Shown: piece by piece, positions 1 through 9,894 of the stretch
How the letters are laid out: every line of letters starts with the position of its first letter
Numbering within the stretch: position 1 is the first letter of the stretch
IMG/VR virus record: IMGVR_UViG_3300037264_000469
Span: 1 to 56,092 of that record
DNA length: 56,092 bases
From: a virus
Lineage: Duplodnaviria; Caudoviricetes
Direction: 5' to 3' (one strand)
Notes under the pieces: model-generated
Told to the model about the DNA's origin: nothing
The model's database searches: none
What the model saw: only the letters and a program-made list of their open reading frames with translations
Position numbers and translations under genes: made by a program

Positions 1-44
1 ATATGTCCGTATATTTTTAAGTTTCCAACATTTACATTTTCCAT
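1..44 (-). CDS. 5' end of a gene running off the window (MENVNVGNLKIYGH...), possibly the next replication gene
   Basis: ATG at 44 with open frame to position 1; only 14 codons visible. Confidence 0.3.
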   Translation of the reverse strand, partial: MENVNVGNLKIYGH

Positions 45-122
45 AGTTTACGCTCTTTCTATTCGGTTATCCTACACTAACGACGTTCATACGTCCATTT
101 ATAATAAATCGTTTTTATATTC

Positions 123-151
123 TTGACTTTTTCTATTCGTTGTGCTATATA
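123..151 (+). promoter_or_regulatory. sigma70-type promoter
   Basis: TTGACT-N17-TATATA with TG just upstream of the -10, ahead of ORF 224. Confidence 0.6.
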
Positions 152-223
152 TTATACACAAGCTGAAATCCTTTGTATGAAAGGCCAAAGCTTTAGATCA
201 CTAACTAAAGAAAGGTATATATT

Positions 224-1036
224 ATGTCTAACTATGACGTTCGCATTCTCGTAAACGGCAATAATTGTCGTCAATATTATCACAATGGCAAAACATTTAT
301 CGAAGCCAAAGATGGATCGGAATATTGTATAGAAATCAAAAATAACACTTGGAAAAGAATTCTTGCCTGTTGTTCTGTAGATGGACTTAACATTCTTGAC
401 GGAGAACCATCTACTCCTGATGGACCGGGGTATGTTATTAGTGCTCATGCATCCAATAGATATGATGGGTTTAGAGTTTCCGATTCAACAATCGCAAAGT
501 TTATTTTTGGTAAAAAATCTGAATCATATGCTGCTTCAAAAGAAGATGGATCTGAACGAAATGTAGGAGTTATTGGAGTTCGTATTTTTGAAGAAAAAAG
601 CAATCACTATTATTCTCCACTCGTTATTAGATCATATGGTTGCAATTCTAAACAGGATAATATCAATATTCCTCCTATCGAGTTTCCTCCAACTATTTGT
701 AGTACCGGAACTCCACTTCCACCTAACCCGATTGTTACGTGTTGTAGCGTCAATGATGTTAATGATAATTTAATCATGGATAAATCCCAAGCTTATAGTA
801 ATTACAATGCTCCAAAATTTGATATGGGTACAATGTGGGGCGAAGCAAAAGAAAGTAAAGTTGTAGAAGTAGAGTTTGCGCGAGGTTCATTGTCTCTTTC
901 ACTTGATATTTATTATGCCAGTCGCCAAAATCTCATTGATATGGGAGTTCCAATCGGAACGGAAAAACATGTAAACTTTCCATCACCATTCGTTGAGAAA
1001 AAATATGCCACACCACCAAAAAATTGGAGAGGATAA
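224..1036 (+). CDS. conserved hypothetical protein, 270 aa
   Basis: AAGG SD-like element, own promoter and terminator; motif Y.I.I.NN..KR.L...SVDGL....G...GYV...DGFR resembles an uncharacterised bacterial/phage family. Confidence 0.75.
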   Translation: MSNYDVRILVNGNNCRQYYHNGKTFIEAKDGSEYCIEIKNNTWKRILACCSVDGLNILDGEPSTPDGPGYVISAHASNRYDGFRVSDSTIAKFIFGKKSESYAASKEDGSERNVGVIGVRIFEEKSNHYYSPLVIRSYGCNSKQDNINIPPIEFPPTICSTGTPLPPNPIVTCCSVNDVNDNLIMDKSQAYSNYNAPKFDMGTMWGEAKESKVVEVEFARGSLSLSLDIYYASRQNLIDMGVPIGTEKHVNFPSPFVEKKYATPPKNWRG

Positions 1037-1062
1037 AACCAATCTATCTCTCTAGTTGGCTC

Positions 1063-1091
1063 AAATCCGGTTGATTATCAACCGGATTTTT
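1063..1091 (+). terminator. intrinsic terminator between convergent genes
   Basis: AAATCCGGTTGAT-T-ATCAACCGGATTT inverted repeat ending in a T run. Confidence 0.75.
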
Positions 1092-1108
1092 CCATTGCTA
1101 CCCTAGAT

Positions 1109-1249
1109 TTAGCTTGTTTCTGATAGTATTCCTCTGAAAAAGATTTTACCGTTTTTTGAACCTTCTTCAAGTTCTTTTTCGATTTGTTTTCGTAATTCTT
1201 GTTTCTCATGCCTCTTTTTAGATCTAGTTTCAATTTTTTTTCTATTCAT
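1109..1249 (-). CDS. small charged protein, 46 aa (MNRKKIETRSKKRHEKQELRKQIEKELEEG...), below the ORF-track cutoff
   Basis: ATG 1 nt after the nuclease stop codon; open frame to TAA at 1109. Confidence 0.45.
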   Translation of the reverse strand: MNRKKIETRSKKRHEKQELRKQIEKELEEGSKNGKIFFRGILSETS

Positions 1250-1250
1250 A

Positions 1251-2336
1251 TTATTCAGATCTGGTTACACTATCTAACCCCGAAAAACATTCTGTCAACC
1301 ACGACTGATGGTCGGGGAAACTATTAATCATAGCATCTTCTATAATCATCTTTACAATGACCATTCTATCCATATGAGGAATTTTTGACATTTCTAATTT
1401 TTCATGTACCAAAAGTTGAGCGGTGGTAGTTAATAAACTATCCTTGAGTTGCATTAAAGCAATATTTCTTTCCAATATACTTCTCCCCTCAATAACTCTT
1501 TCGTATACCTTGTATTTATCTTTATTCGTAATGGCATAGTTAATGACATCATCAATATTAAATATCTTTTCCTCAGACAAAAATGGAAAACACTTTATAA
1601 TAGTTTTTATGCCCGCTCCTTTAATTCCATTTATATTATCAGAATCATCACCATCCATTGCTCTAAATAATACAAAATTATTTGGGTGAATTCCATATTC
1701 TCTTGAGACTTCCGCAGGACCATATAATATTTTTTTGGTAGGACTCCACACTTTTATTCTATCGCTTACTAATTGTAGGAAATCCTTATCAGAGGACATA
1801 ATAGTTACTTTAGATTCTTTAAACTCATCTGTCGCACAATAAGCAATAGTATCATCAGCTTCCACATGGTCCAATCTTAAAATATTTATAGGAAAATATT
1901 CAAGATATTTATCTAATCTTATTAATTGATTTAAACAATTTCGTTGTTCATCATCTAACTTGGATTGATCTTCATAAATACGATTAAGACGAATTTTATT
2001 TTTTCTATGTTCTTTATATTCAGAAAATATTTTCCGTCGTTTGAATGACCCACCCATTCCATCAAAAGCAATAATACAGCGGGTAGGATGAAGAAGTTTG
2101 ATAGCATATCCAATAGACCGAAAAAACCCCACAATTCCTCCAGTATGTTCTCCATTATCATTCAAGCTTGGAATAGCCATAAATGCACGAAGGTATGTAT
2201 TATAACCATCTATTAAAAGAATATCAGAGTTTGTAGATCTTTTCCATTGATTATCTGCGTGATCTTGTTCTAATTTATTTTTAGATTGCTTATAAGCAAT
2301 AGATAATGCTAATCTTTGTTCAGGAGTTAAATCCAT
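1251..2336 (-). CDS. 5'-3' exonuclease / flap endonuclease (T4 RNase H or PolI N-domain-like)
   Basis: Motifs LIDGYN, AFDG, YK..R, EADD.IA, SSDKDF.QL, GD.SDNI.G.KG.G.KT. Confidence 0.92.
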   Translation of the reverse strand: MDLTPEQRLALSIAYKQSKNKLEQDHADNQWKRSTNSDILLIDGYNTYLRAFMAIPSLNDNGEHTGGIVGFFRSIGYAIKLLHPTRCIIAFDGMGGSFKRRKIFSEYKEHRKNKIRLNRIYEDQSKLDDEQRNCLNQLIRLDKYLEYFPINILRLDHVEADDTIAYCATDEFKESKVTIMSSDKDFLQLVSDRIKVWSPTKKILYGPAEVSREYGIHPNNFVLFRAMDGDDSDNINGIKGAGIKTIIKCFPFLSEEKIFNIDDVINYAITNKDKYKVYERVIEGRSILERNIALMQLKDSLLTTTAQLLVHEKLEMSKIPHMDRMVIVKMIIEDAMINSFPDHQSWLTECFSGLDSVTRSE

Positions 2337-2338
2337 TA

Positions 2339-3523
2339 TTATTCGTCTTTAATTGCTTTTTCTGTAATATCATCGTTTTCAGAGGTAGAACGCTCAATAT
2401 TTTCTTCTACTTTGCTATTTGGATCTTTATATTGCATAATATAATTATCACAAATTGATTGATACATTTCTTCTTTAAGGACGGGATCATTATTTATTAA
2501 ACTTGGAAGTTGTGCTGGTTTAAATTCAAGTGTAGATCCATCTTTGCGTTTATATTCATAACCACGACCATCACCAGTTATAATACTACGGGTTTTCATA
2601 AAATCAATCCAACTAGCTATGTCTTGGATACCAGAATCATACATAATATCAAATGCCGCAGTCCTATAATTAGGACCACAACGATTTTTAATAATTTGTG
2701 CCTGACATTCCATTCCAATAACGTCCTTGACAGAATTTTTAATTTTACCAATATTTACCAAACGAATTCTTATTGAACAAGCAAATGGTAATGCTTTACC
2801 ACCGGGTACAACCCATTTATCCCCAAATGGTCCGGCATTCATATTATAACGTACTTGGTTTGTATATACTATTAATATACGTTGTTTTGCCATCAATCCA
2901 ACAATCTTACGCATTGCTTTACTTATAATAATAGATTTTCCGGTGTTATATCCATCAACTCCGTGCTCGGATTCCATTTCCGTCTCTGTAGATGCTTGTG
3001 CGACAGAATCAACAAAAATAGTTAACAATCTATTTTTATTAGCTTTTCTGAATTCTCCAATACATAACTCTAATTTACTAAAAAAATCTTCAAGGGTGGT
3101 AAAAGGAACATAGTTAACATTTTTTATATCCACTCCAAGTGCTGTCCAGAAATTTCTGTCAACTGCAAATTCCGAATCAAAGAAAACAGATAATCCGCCT
3201 CGGCGTTGTGTTTCTGCAATTATTTGAGCACAAATTAAAGATTTTCCAGTTCCCTCTAATCCACTTAATTCTACCATTCTTCCTACCGGAAGACCACCAT
3301 TTGGTTTATTAGAAATTGCTAAATCCAACAACGTAGATCCTGTAGATATCCATTCAGTAATTAATGAAGGACTATCATCTTCATCAAGAAAATAAGCTGC
3401 CTTACCTCCATCTTTATTAGCTTTATTTAAAGCCGTTTGAAGTAACACGGCCAATTCGTCGCGATTTATATTTTTGTCTAATTCTACATGCTTAGATGTT
3501 GAAACTTTTTTTATTGCTGGCAT
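2339..3523 (-). CDS. recA: RecA/UvsX recombinase
   Basis: ISTGS..LD.A...GGLP.GR..E, Walker A GLEGTGKS, VDSVA, NQVR, GGKAL.F. Confidence 0.93.
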   Translation of the reverse strand: MPAIKKVSTSKHVELDKNINRDELAVLLQTALNKANKDGGKAAYFLDEDDSPSLITEWISTGSTLLDLAISNKPNGGLPVGRMVELSGLEGTGKSLICAQIIAETQRRGGLSVFFDSEFAVDRNFWTALGVDIKNVNYVPFTTLEDFFSKLELCIGEFRKANKNRLLTIFVDSVAQASTETEMESEHGVDGYNTGKSIIISKAMRKIVGLMAKQRILIVYTNQVRYNMNAGPFGDKWVVPGGKALPFACSIRIRLVNIGKIKNSVKDVIGMECQAQIIKNRCGPNYRTAAFDIMYDSGIQDIASWIDFMKTRSIITGDGRGYEYKRKDGSTLEFKPAQLPSLINNDPVLKEEMYQSICDNYIMQYKDPNSKVEENIERSTSENDDITEKAIKDE

Positions 3524-3543
3524 AAATTATTTCCTTCAGAAGT

Positions 3544-3581
3544 TCTTGAGAAGATACCATATTTCAGGTATCTTCTCAAGA
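3544..3581. terminator. 15-bp stem hairpin between ssb and recA (terminator, attenuator or processing site)
   Basis: TCTTGAGAAGATACC-N8-GGTATCTTCTCAAGA perfect inverted repeat; no U-tract on the minus strand. Confidence 0.5.
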
Positions 3582-3601
3582 TATTTTATACGAATTTTCT
3601 G

Positions 3602-4441
3602 TTAGGATTTCTTGTTAAAGAAATCTTCGAATGACTTACCGTAATCCATCGCTGGTGCTTGTACTTGTGATGGAGATGGGGATGTAGACGCTGGCAAAGT
3701 CGCTAAGTCAGCAGTGTCATCAATATCGTCTCCGACATCAGCATCATTATTGTCAACTGCTAATTCTGGATTTAAGAATTTATCCAATACAAATTTCAAA
3801 TCAGTATATTCAGGTAAATTCCAAATACTAAGAATATCTGGCTGTTCCTTAATTTTTGCGATCAATTCTGATTTTGTTGGATCTACTACAGGTGTTTTTC
3901 TTGGGTCTGGCGTAATCGTAGTTTCTGGAAAACTTTTTCCGTCTTTACCCTTTTTCTTGGATTCCTTATGGAATTCAACCTCAATATCATTTCCATCTGT
4001 CCACGAGGTAATATCTCCCCATTTAGGATTAGTAATGAGTTTGAGTAATTGCTTGAAAACTGTAACACCAAATCCCCAAAACTTCACGCCTTGATCTTCT
4101 TGCCCACGAACAATAATAGGAGCGTAAGTACGGGGCTTAGCTTCTATTGTCTTTGCCAACTCTCGCTGAGATTGAACCCCAGATGCTCGCAGAGTTTCTA
4201 CAAACTCCGCAATGGGATCCGGTTTTCCAAACGTACAAGGAGCAAGATATGTTTTTCCTGCAATCTTGTAATAGAATTTTAATTCAACAAATGGTGAATC
4301 TGGATTGTACTTGTAGGGAACTATCCGTACCGTCTGTAATCCTTCTTTTGGTTTCCAGAGGTATTTTGATGCTTCTGATTGCTTTGCTTCATCTTCGAAC
4401 TCTTTGAGTCGATGAGCCAATAATTGTAAATTAATAGCCAT
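3602..4441 (-). CDS. single-stranded DNA-binding protein, T4 gp32-like
   Basis: WKP..G...VRIVP, DPI.E, VKFWGFG..V, GDIT...G.D, acidic C-terminal tail ending FEDFF; adjacent to recA. Confidence 0.85.
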   Translation of the reverse strand: MAINLQLLAHRLKEFEDEAKQSEASKYLWKPKEGLQTVRIVPYKYNPDSPFVELKFYYKIAGKTYLAPCTFGKPDPIAEFVETLRASGVQSQRELAKTIEAKPRTYAPIIVRGQEDQGVKFWGFGVTVFKQLLKLITNPKWGDITSWTDGNDIEVEFHKESKKKGKDGKSFPETTITPDPRKTPVVDPTKSELIAKIKEQPDILSIWNLPEYTDLKFVLDKFLNPELAVDNNDADVGDDIDDTADLATLPASTSPSPSQVQAPAMDYGKSFEDFFNKKS

Positions 4442-4497
4442 AATGTTTTTAATTGGTTAATTGTTTAATTAGGTAATCAGGTTAATTGCTTAACTAG
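4442..4497 (-). promoter_or_regulatory. AATTAA-repeat leader of ssb, putative translational autoregulatory operator
   Basis: About six 8-9 nt imperfect units (AGTTAAGC/AATTAACC/TGATTACC/TAATTAAAC/AATTAACC/AATTAAAA) directly before the ATG. Confidence 0.5.
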
Positions 4498-4577
4498 AGT
4501 GTTAGGTCTCAACTTGCTTACTCTAATATATAGTGATTATACCATAGAAAAACTCATTTTCAATTAATTTTATTTTT

Positions 4578-4982
4578 TTATTGCTGACCGAAGACATTGA
4601 CAATTTTCAGCGGAATAATACGAACAGAAACATCTCCGGTAATAATTAAAGAATTTTTATAAAGCTCCCACTGAACGACAAACGTTTTATCCATATGACC
4701 ATTTTCTTCTTCGATAAGTTTATTCATGGCATTCAAAGTATATAACGTATTTGTATGTTTTTTTCGATGAATAAGAATGGTATTGAGAAATTTTTCATCT
4801 TCTTTTTTCATGTCCAATACATTATAAGTCAGATAGATTTCATGAGGAACTTTTTCATTAGAAAATGCAAAAATTCTATCATTATATATTTTATAAAACC
4901 GCATTATTTCTTTTGATGTCCCTTCAAAATCTTTAACATTGGAAAAAGTACATAACAATTGTCGCTTGATATAGTCATTCAT
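4578..4982 (-). CDS. conserved phage hypothetical protein, 134 aa
   Basis: Clean ORF; LLCTF, TYNV and HRKK.TNTLYT.NA.N motifs. Confidence 0.75.
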   Translation of the reverse strand: MNDYIKRQLLCTFSNVKDFEGTSKEIMRFYKIYNDRIFAFSNEKVPHEIYLTYNVLDMKKEDEKFLNTILIHRKKHTNTLYTLNAMNKLIEEENGHMDKTFVVQWELYKNSLIITGDVSVRIIPLKIVNVFGQQ

Positions 4983-5005
4983 AAAAATTTTAAAGAAACA
5001 CTAAT

Positions 5006-5737
5006 TTAATTTACATATGGATCTAATATTTCAAGTACTTTGGTATATCTTTTTCTCTTTGAAAATTCATATATTTCCTTTACCTGATTTTTTTCTTCTT
5101 CTGTAATCTTTGGATGAAATTTTGTTGACAACATATCATCCTCGCCCTTAATAATAAATTGATTAACCACTGCTTTTTCTGCTGCTTTTCTTAGCGGCGT
5201 TGTTGGTATTGTAACTGGAGATTCCGGAGGTTCAGGAGGAGACTCTGGGGTTTCTGATCCTCTGGGCGGTTCTATTGCTAATTGTTGCCCGCTTTGAAAT
5301 ACAGATTGTGGGGATGGTTCTGTGGGTTCGACAGCAGGTTCAGCATCCGGAGCGTCGGTTTTAGGTGGTTCGTGAAAAAGATTAGGAGCTGGTCTTGAAG
5401 GTTCTTGACCTTTTTTAGCCGCAAGTGGACTTCTTGGTTTAGGATTTTTTTCGAAATGTGTTCCTCTTGCTATTGCTTTCTTTTTGTGTTCTGGAGTAGG
5501 GAATGTTGCCAGAATACCGTCTGCATTCCATGCCTGTCTGTCTGGAAAATTTCCTGCTCCCTCTGCTTCTTGCATTGCATTAGTTATAGATATAGCATCT
5601 TCAAGAGTTAATCCCCTCTTAACAAAATAATCCCGTAGAGCACACATATGCTCCTCTTCATTCAACCTAAAAATGCCATCTTTAACCCGTTCGTCCAAAC
5701 AAATTTCGGCAAGAATATTATCTATAATATGTGACAT
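5006..5737 (-). CDS. hypothetical Pro-rich protein, possible internal head protein
   Basis: Clean ORF preceded by a TATTTATA motif; N-terminal IIDNILAE. Confidence 0.7.
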   Translation of the reverse strand: MSHIIDNILAEICLDERVKDGIFRLNEEEHMCALRDYFVKRGLTLEDAISITNAMQEAEGAGNFPDRQAWNADGILATFPTPEHKKKAIARGTHFEKNPKPRSPLAAKKGQEPSRPAPNLFHEPPKTDAPDAEPAVEPTEPSPQSVFQSGQQLAIEPPRGSETPESPPEPPESPVTIPTTPLRKAAEKAVVNQFIIKGEDDMLSTKFHPKITEEEKNQVKEIYEFSKRKRYTKVLEILDPYVN

Positions 5738-5784
5738 ACCTTTGCAATATAAATATTACAAAAGTATTTTAAAGTATATATTTT

Positions 5785-7140
5785 TTAGAATGAAATTTGT
5801 TTAACATCATTATATGAACTACCAATATATGTTTTCATATCATAAGTTCCATTATAACTCATTATTCTTCTTATTTCATTTAAAGTTTTAAATTCATCGT
5901 CTTTATGAAAATCATAAATAACAGCATCATAAGTGTATAAAATTGCTTTTGTCTTTCTACCAACAAGATATTCTTGAATTTCTTTTATTTTTGGAATAGC
6001 AATTTCTCCTTCTGCCGCCTGAAGAATATAATTAAATACTTTAGAAGGATTTGGATCTTGAATATGTTCTGACGTTATTTTTCTCTTAAAAAATGGAGTT
6101 AACACATATCCATTTTTTATAAAAAACAACCATTGTTCATCAATATATTGTTTAAGATTCGCTAAATACTTAATGTGATGGTATTTATTTTCTATTTCTC
6201 CATAAAGTTGTCGGAAGGTTATATTTTTTGCCTCTCGAATATCAATATCGTCTATGTTTTGTTTTCCAAAGTATAATTTAGCAAGATATTCGTAAATATT
6301 AACATTTATAGGAATATTATAATTGATTAATTTACAAATTATTCTTGGATGAAATGCTGAGTAGTCAATAACAACAACTTTACCATTTTCTCCGAATCTG
6401 GAAATAAAACATTCTCTAGATTTATCTTTAGAATTTAATGCCGCATAATTAACCCCTCCATAACGATTGCTTGGCCTTCCCGTATTTGTATAGATATTGT
6501 ACTGACTATAAACTAGTCCTAATGTATTAGGGAAAGATTTAAATCTAGCATTGAATTTTTCTTTATCTACATAAATTCCAGTATGTTCCATTTCACCTAA
6601 AGTTGGAATTATAATATCATTCATTATTTTAAATCCATCGTCTAAAATAAAATCCGAAATAACGGTGCTTATATCCTCACACAAATTATTAAAAAACTCA
6701 AGATGTTTCATTAACGGAATAATTTTATTTATACTTTCACCTGCTGGTGTATTCCTACTAACTAATTTATGTGCCGAAGTTTCATATTCATACAATTCCA
6801 ATATTTTAGAATTTTTAAAGAACATCCACAAATTTACATCCATTAAATTCAGCATTGGAAACAACTGATATGTGGTTTTTTTATCTACTACCCACTTTTT
6901 ATTGGGGTGATTTTTTATAAACTTTTCGAATAACTCTTTTACTTTAGAGTTAGGATTAGAATCTGGATGATTAAAAGCATAATAATAAATCTTACCGCTG
7001 GAAATGTTTTTGATAAAAATTATAGAAGGAAATGTAGATACAGGATGAACTCCATTAAAAATGGGTATAATATGAATTATCCAGTCCCCTTCTGTATTTT
7101 CGAGAATAAATCGCTGAAGATCACTTTCGCATTCTATCAT
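5785..7140 (-). CDS. minimal family A (PolA-like) DNA polymerase
   Basis: TGRPS, N..AL, motif A DYSAFHPR, motif B REAKNITFRQLYG, NY.LQ, motif C YTYDA. Confidence 0.85.
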   Translation of the reverse strand: MIECESDLQRFILENTEGDWIIHIIPIFNGVHPVSTFPSIIFIKNISSGKIYYYAFNHPDSNPNSKVKELFEKFIKNHPNKKWVVDKKTTYQLFPMLNLMDVNLWMFFKNSKILELYEYETSAHKLVSRNTPAGESINKIIPLMKHLEFFNNLCEDISTVISDFILDDGFKIMNDIIIPTLGEMEHTGIYVDKEKFNARFKSFPNTLGLVYSQYNIYTNTGRPSNRYGGVNYAALNSKDKSRECFISRFGENGKVVVIDYSAFHPRIICKLINYNIPINVNIYEYLAKLYFGKQNIDDIDIREAKNITFRQLYGEIENKYHHIKYLANLKQYIDEQWLFFIKNGYVLTPFFKRKITSEHIQDPNPSKVFNYILQAAEGEIAIPKIKEIQEYLVGRKTKAILYTYDAVIYDFHKDDEFKTLNEIRRIMSYNGTYDMKTYIGSSYNDVKQISF

Positions 7141-7146
7141 TGATTT

Positions 7147-7175
7147 AATGTATCCGTTTTAACAATAAAAGTCAA
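7147..7175 (-). promoter_or_regulatory. sigma70-type promoter for the polA-like gene, giving a near-leaderless mRNA
   Basis: TTGACT-N17-TACATT, 6 nt before the ATG. Confidence 0.65.
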
Positions 7176-7181
7176 TTATTT

Positions 7182-9857
7182 TCAGTCTTTAATTCCGAGT
7201 TGTTTTTTGAGACGTTTCCTAAGAGGAAGTATACCAGCGGTAATTGTAGTTGTCCATTTTCCATTTTGGATGGACTCAGTTAAATCTATAATACGAAATA
7301 CAATATTTTTATGTGAATATGGTTCTGGTAAATTTTTAATTAAAAACATCATAAATGTTCTTAACCCTCCAATTCCTTGGATAGTAATTTGTGCTTGAAT
7401 ACCTACTACAATTCCAATATATTTTGGATTATTATCTATATCACCGTCATCTAATAGTAATTTTAATACCTCCGATCCGGAGGGTGGAATAGCTAATCGT
7501 TTAACAAAAACATTATCATTAGAATCTTTTGTTGTCATTTGAAACGATCCTTCCGGCGGTTTTATACTTTGCAATGTCTGCATCATATTTTTAAAAGCCG
7601 AAGAAGTTTTTTGCCTTGGAATTATTCTTTTTTGATCTTCACTCAAAAATAATCTATCTTTGAATTTAAAATTAAATACCTCACTTGTATCAGTTAATGA
7701 TACTCTTTTATCAATGCCATCTCTATTGGCAAATATAGTTCTAATAGCAATAGAATCACCCAAAGTTGGATTAAAATTTATGCTTTGTATTAAACTATCG
7801 GCGTCATAATAATCAAACGTAAACACTTTTCCTCTATTAATTGAAAATGGAAATCTATAATCTACAATCTTCATCGCAGCAAAAATTTCAGATGAACTTC
7901 TTGTATCGTCCTGCGCCTGCGCCTTTCCAGTCGAATTTATTATTCTTAAATCCCAAAAGTTTCCACATTCTGATGAAATAGTTTGTAATACTCTATTCAA
8001 AACATTTACAAACGTCTTTACAGATTGATCCTTCAAAATATCTGAAAGTTCTTGTACATTAAAGTATATGTTTTTCAAATATCCAGAAAAATATTTAGGA
8101 TATGACTGAGATGCGCCTTCTGGAGTAATATCAGAAGTGGATGGAAATGCATATTTACCGGGCGCAAATCCTCGAATATTATCATATCTTAATCTATTAA
8201 TTACAACATCTAAATCATCTCGTAATGCTTTACTATCTATTCCACCACAAATTCTATATAATTTCCAATCGGCATATAATTCCGGATCTAATTCTGATCT
8301 TTTACGATCTATTTTTACAAATCCTCCATCGTTTCTGCTCATCTGATTATAACTAAAATCATCCACATCTTTAGCATTTAGTCCCCACAGCCCATAAAAA
8401 TATTTAGGCACATGAGCATTGGGAATAAGAACTTTATATCCATTTGTAGAAATTAAATTTTTGTGTCCGCTAATAACACAATCCGATATATCAATTTTAA
8501 ACATTGGATGATTATTAAATCCCCTGAGCATATAAGAATGATAATTTAAAATTTCAACTAATAAATCCATAGTAATCCAAACATTTTTGAGAGGTGCAGT
8601 TCTATCAAAATCTTCAGATTTATTATCGAATGCAATTTTATCGTGTGCGGACAACTCTTCATTTTTAGGTATTCCGGGGCGTATTAGAGGAATAGCAGTA
8701 GTAGGGGATGGAATAAGTGTTGTCCTTGCTATGATATTCTCCTTTTCTACAAAATTTCTACCATAAAAAATTCCATAAAGTATTTCTTCCCATCTACTTT
8801 TATTATTTCCTATTTTATCTGGATATGTTTCTCTCAAATAAGATGCGAATTCACTTATAGGGCTTTTACCTTCGAATTCATATCCATCTGGAGTTCTTTG
8901 TTTAACTTGTATATTAAATGGATCTGGTGCAGTTGCTACAGATTTTATATCAGCCAAATATTGAGTGACAAAACTCTTTAAGCTATCTAATATAGTCGTA
9001 GCGGATTTGTTGCCGTCTCCAGACGACGGTTCAACTTCACTATCACTATCACTTTTAATGAAAATACTTGCGTCCGTAGTAAGACCAGCATAAATTCGAT
9101 CCGGAGAAGTAATTTCTGTTTTGACTTTAATTTTGTTACCGTCAATACTCCATTCAAATTTAGTAACTATTCCAAATATTACATCATAATTTCCCCTAGA
9201 TTTAAGAATATGTGAATTATATAGTGGATACGGATTGTTTCTTAATTCTTTTAATAACTTCATATCATTTAAATCCAATAAAGACGTAGGATCAAAATGA
9301 TTCCATCCCCATTCTAAAATACATGTAATATTAGGTGTCAAAAAATAAGGCGTCATGTATTCCAATTGTTTTAATGAAAAACATACCCACTCAATCGTAG
9401 CCCTTCTAAATAATTCTTTTTGAATAGTAACGTTTATACTTTCTATTTCTGGTGGGGGAACATGAATAGGATACCGACTCGTATTTAAATTGTTTTCTAT
9501 GGTATGAGGAATTCCATCAGGAGTATATCCTATAACACTGTTTATATTGTCATCACCATCTTTCGAAAATCCATAACCAGTATAAAAGTTCTTACCACTA
9601 TATAAAACAAATCCCGGTTTTAAAAAATTATCAAATTTATCATTAGTTGGATCTGGAAATCCAGCTCCATTAGAACAAAATCTTGCCCATGCAGTCATTG
9701 GACCTTTATAAGTCTTCCAATCTCCTTCTAACTCATCCCACTGTCCCTTTTCTCCAACAACAAATTCAAATCCTCTAATTAATTTTCTACGGTCCAATTC
9801 AGATTGAATTTCTTCCGGTATGTTTGCTGGTTCCCACGGAATTAATGGTTGAGACAT
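7182..9857 (-). CDS. baseplate hub-like protein (gp27/gpD positional equivalent), 891 aa
   Basis: Lies after the LysM-like gene in the tail module; LEWGW motif; C-terminal ITIQGIGG...W.TTITA beta-barrel pattern. Confidence 0.6.
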   Translation of the reverse strand: MSQPLIPWEPANIPEEIQSELDRRKLIRGFEFVVGEKGQWDELEGDWKTYKGPMTAWARFCSNGAGFPDPTNDKFDNFLKPGFVLYSGKNFYTGYGFSKDGDDNINSVIGYTPDGIPHTIENNLNTSRYPIHVPPPEIESINVTIQKELFRRATIEWVCFSLKQLEYMTPYFLTPNITCILEWGWNHFDPTSLLDLNDMKLLKELRNNPYPLYNSHILKSRGNYDVIFGIVTKFEWSIDGNKIKVKTEITSPDRIYAGLTTDASIFIKSDSDSEVEPSSGDGNKSATTILDSLKSFVTQYLADIKSVATAPDPFNIQVKQRTPDGYEFEGKSPISEFASYLRETYPDKIGNNKSRWEEILYGIFYGRNFVEKENIIARTTLIPSPTTAIPLIRPGIPKNEELSAHDKIAFDNKSEDFDRTAPLKNVWITMDLLVEILNYHSYMLRGFNNHPMFKIDISDCVISGHKNLISTNGYKVLIPNAHVPKYFYGLWGLNAKDVDDFSYNQMSRNDGGFVKIDRKRSELDPELYADWKLYRICGGIDSKALRDDLDVVINRLRYDNIRGFAPGKYAFPSTSDITPEGASQSYPKYFSGYLKNIYFNVQELSDILKDQSVKTFVNVLNRVLQTISSECGNFWDLRIINSTGKAQAQDDTRSSSEIFAAMKIVDYRFPFSINRGKVFTFDYYDADSLIQSINFNPTLGDSIAIRTIFANRDGIDKRVSLTDTSEVFNFKFKDRLFLSEDQKRIIPRQKTSSAFKNMMQTLQSIKPPEGSFQMTTKDSNDNVFVKRLAIPPSGSEVLKLLLDDGDIDNNPKYIGIVVGIQAQITIQGIGGLRTFMMFLIKNLPEPYSHKNIVFRIIDLTESIQNGKWTTTITAGILPLRKRLKKQLGIKD

Positions 9858-9894
9858 TGGAACTCTCCTTCATTAGAAAATACATTCATAACTT

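Noticed and set aside
5785-7140. DpoZ / 2-aminoadenine system
   Set aside because: No purZ, datZ or mazZ in the window and no diagnostic evidence
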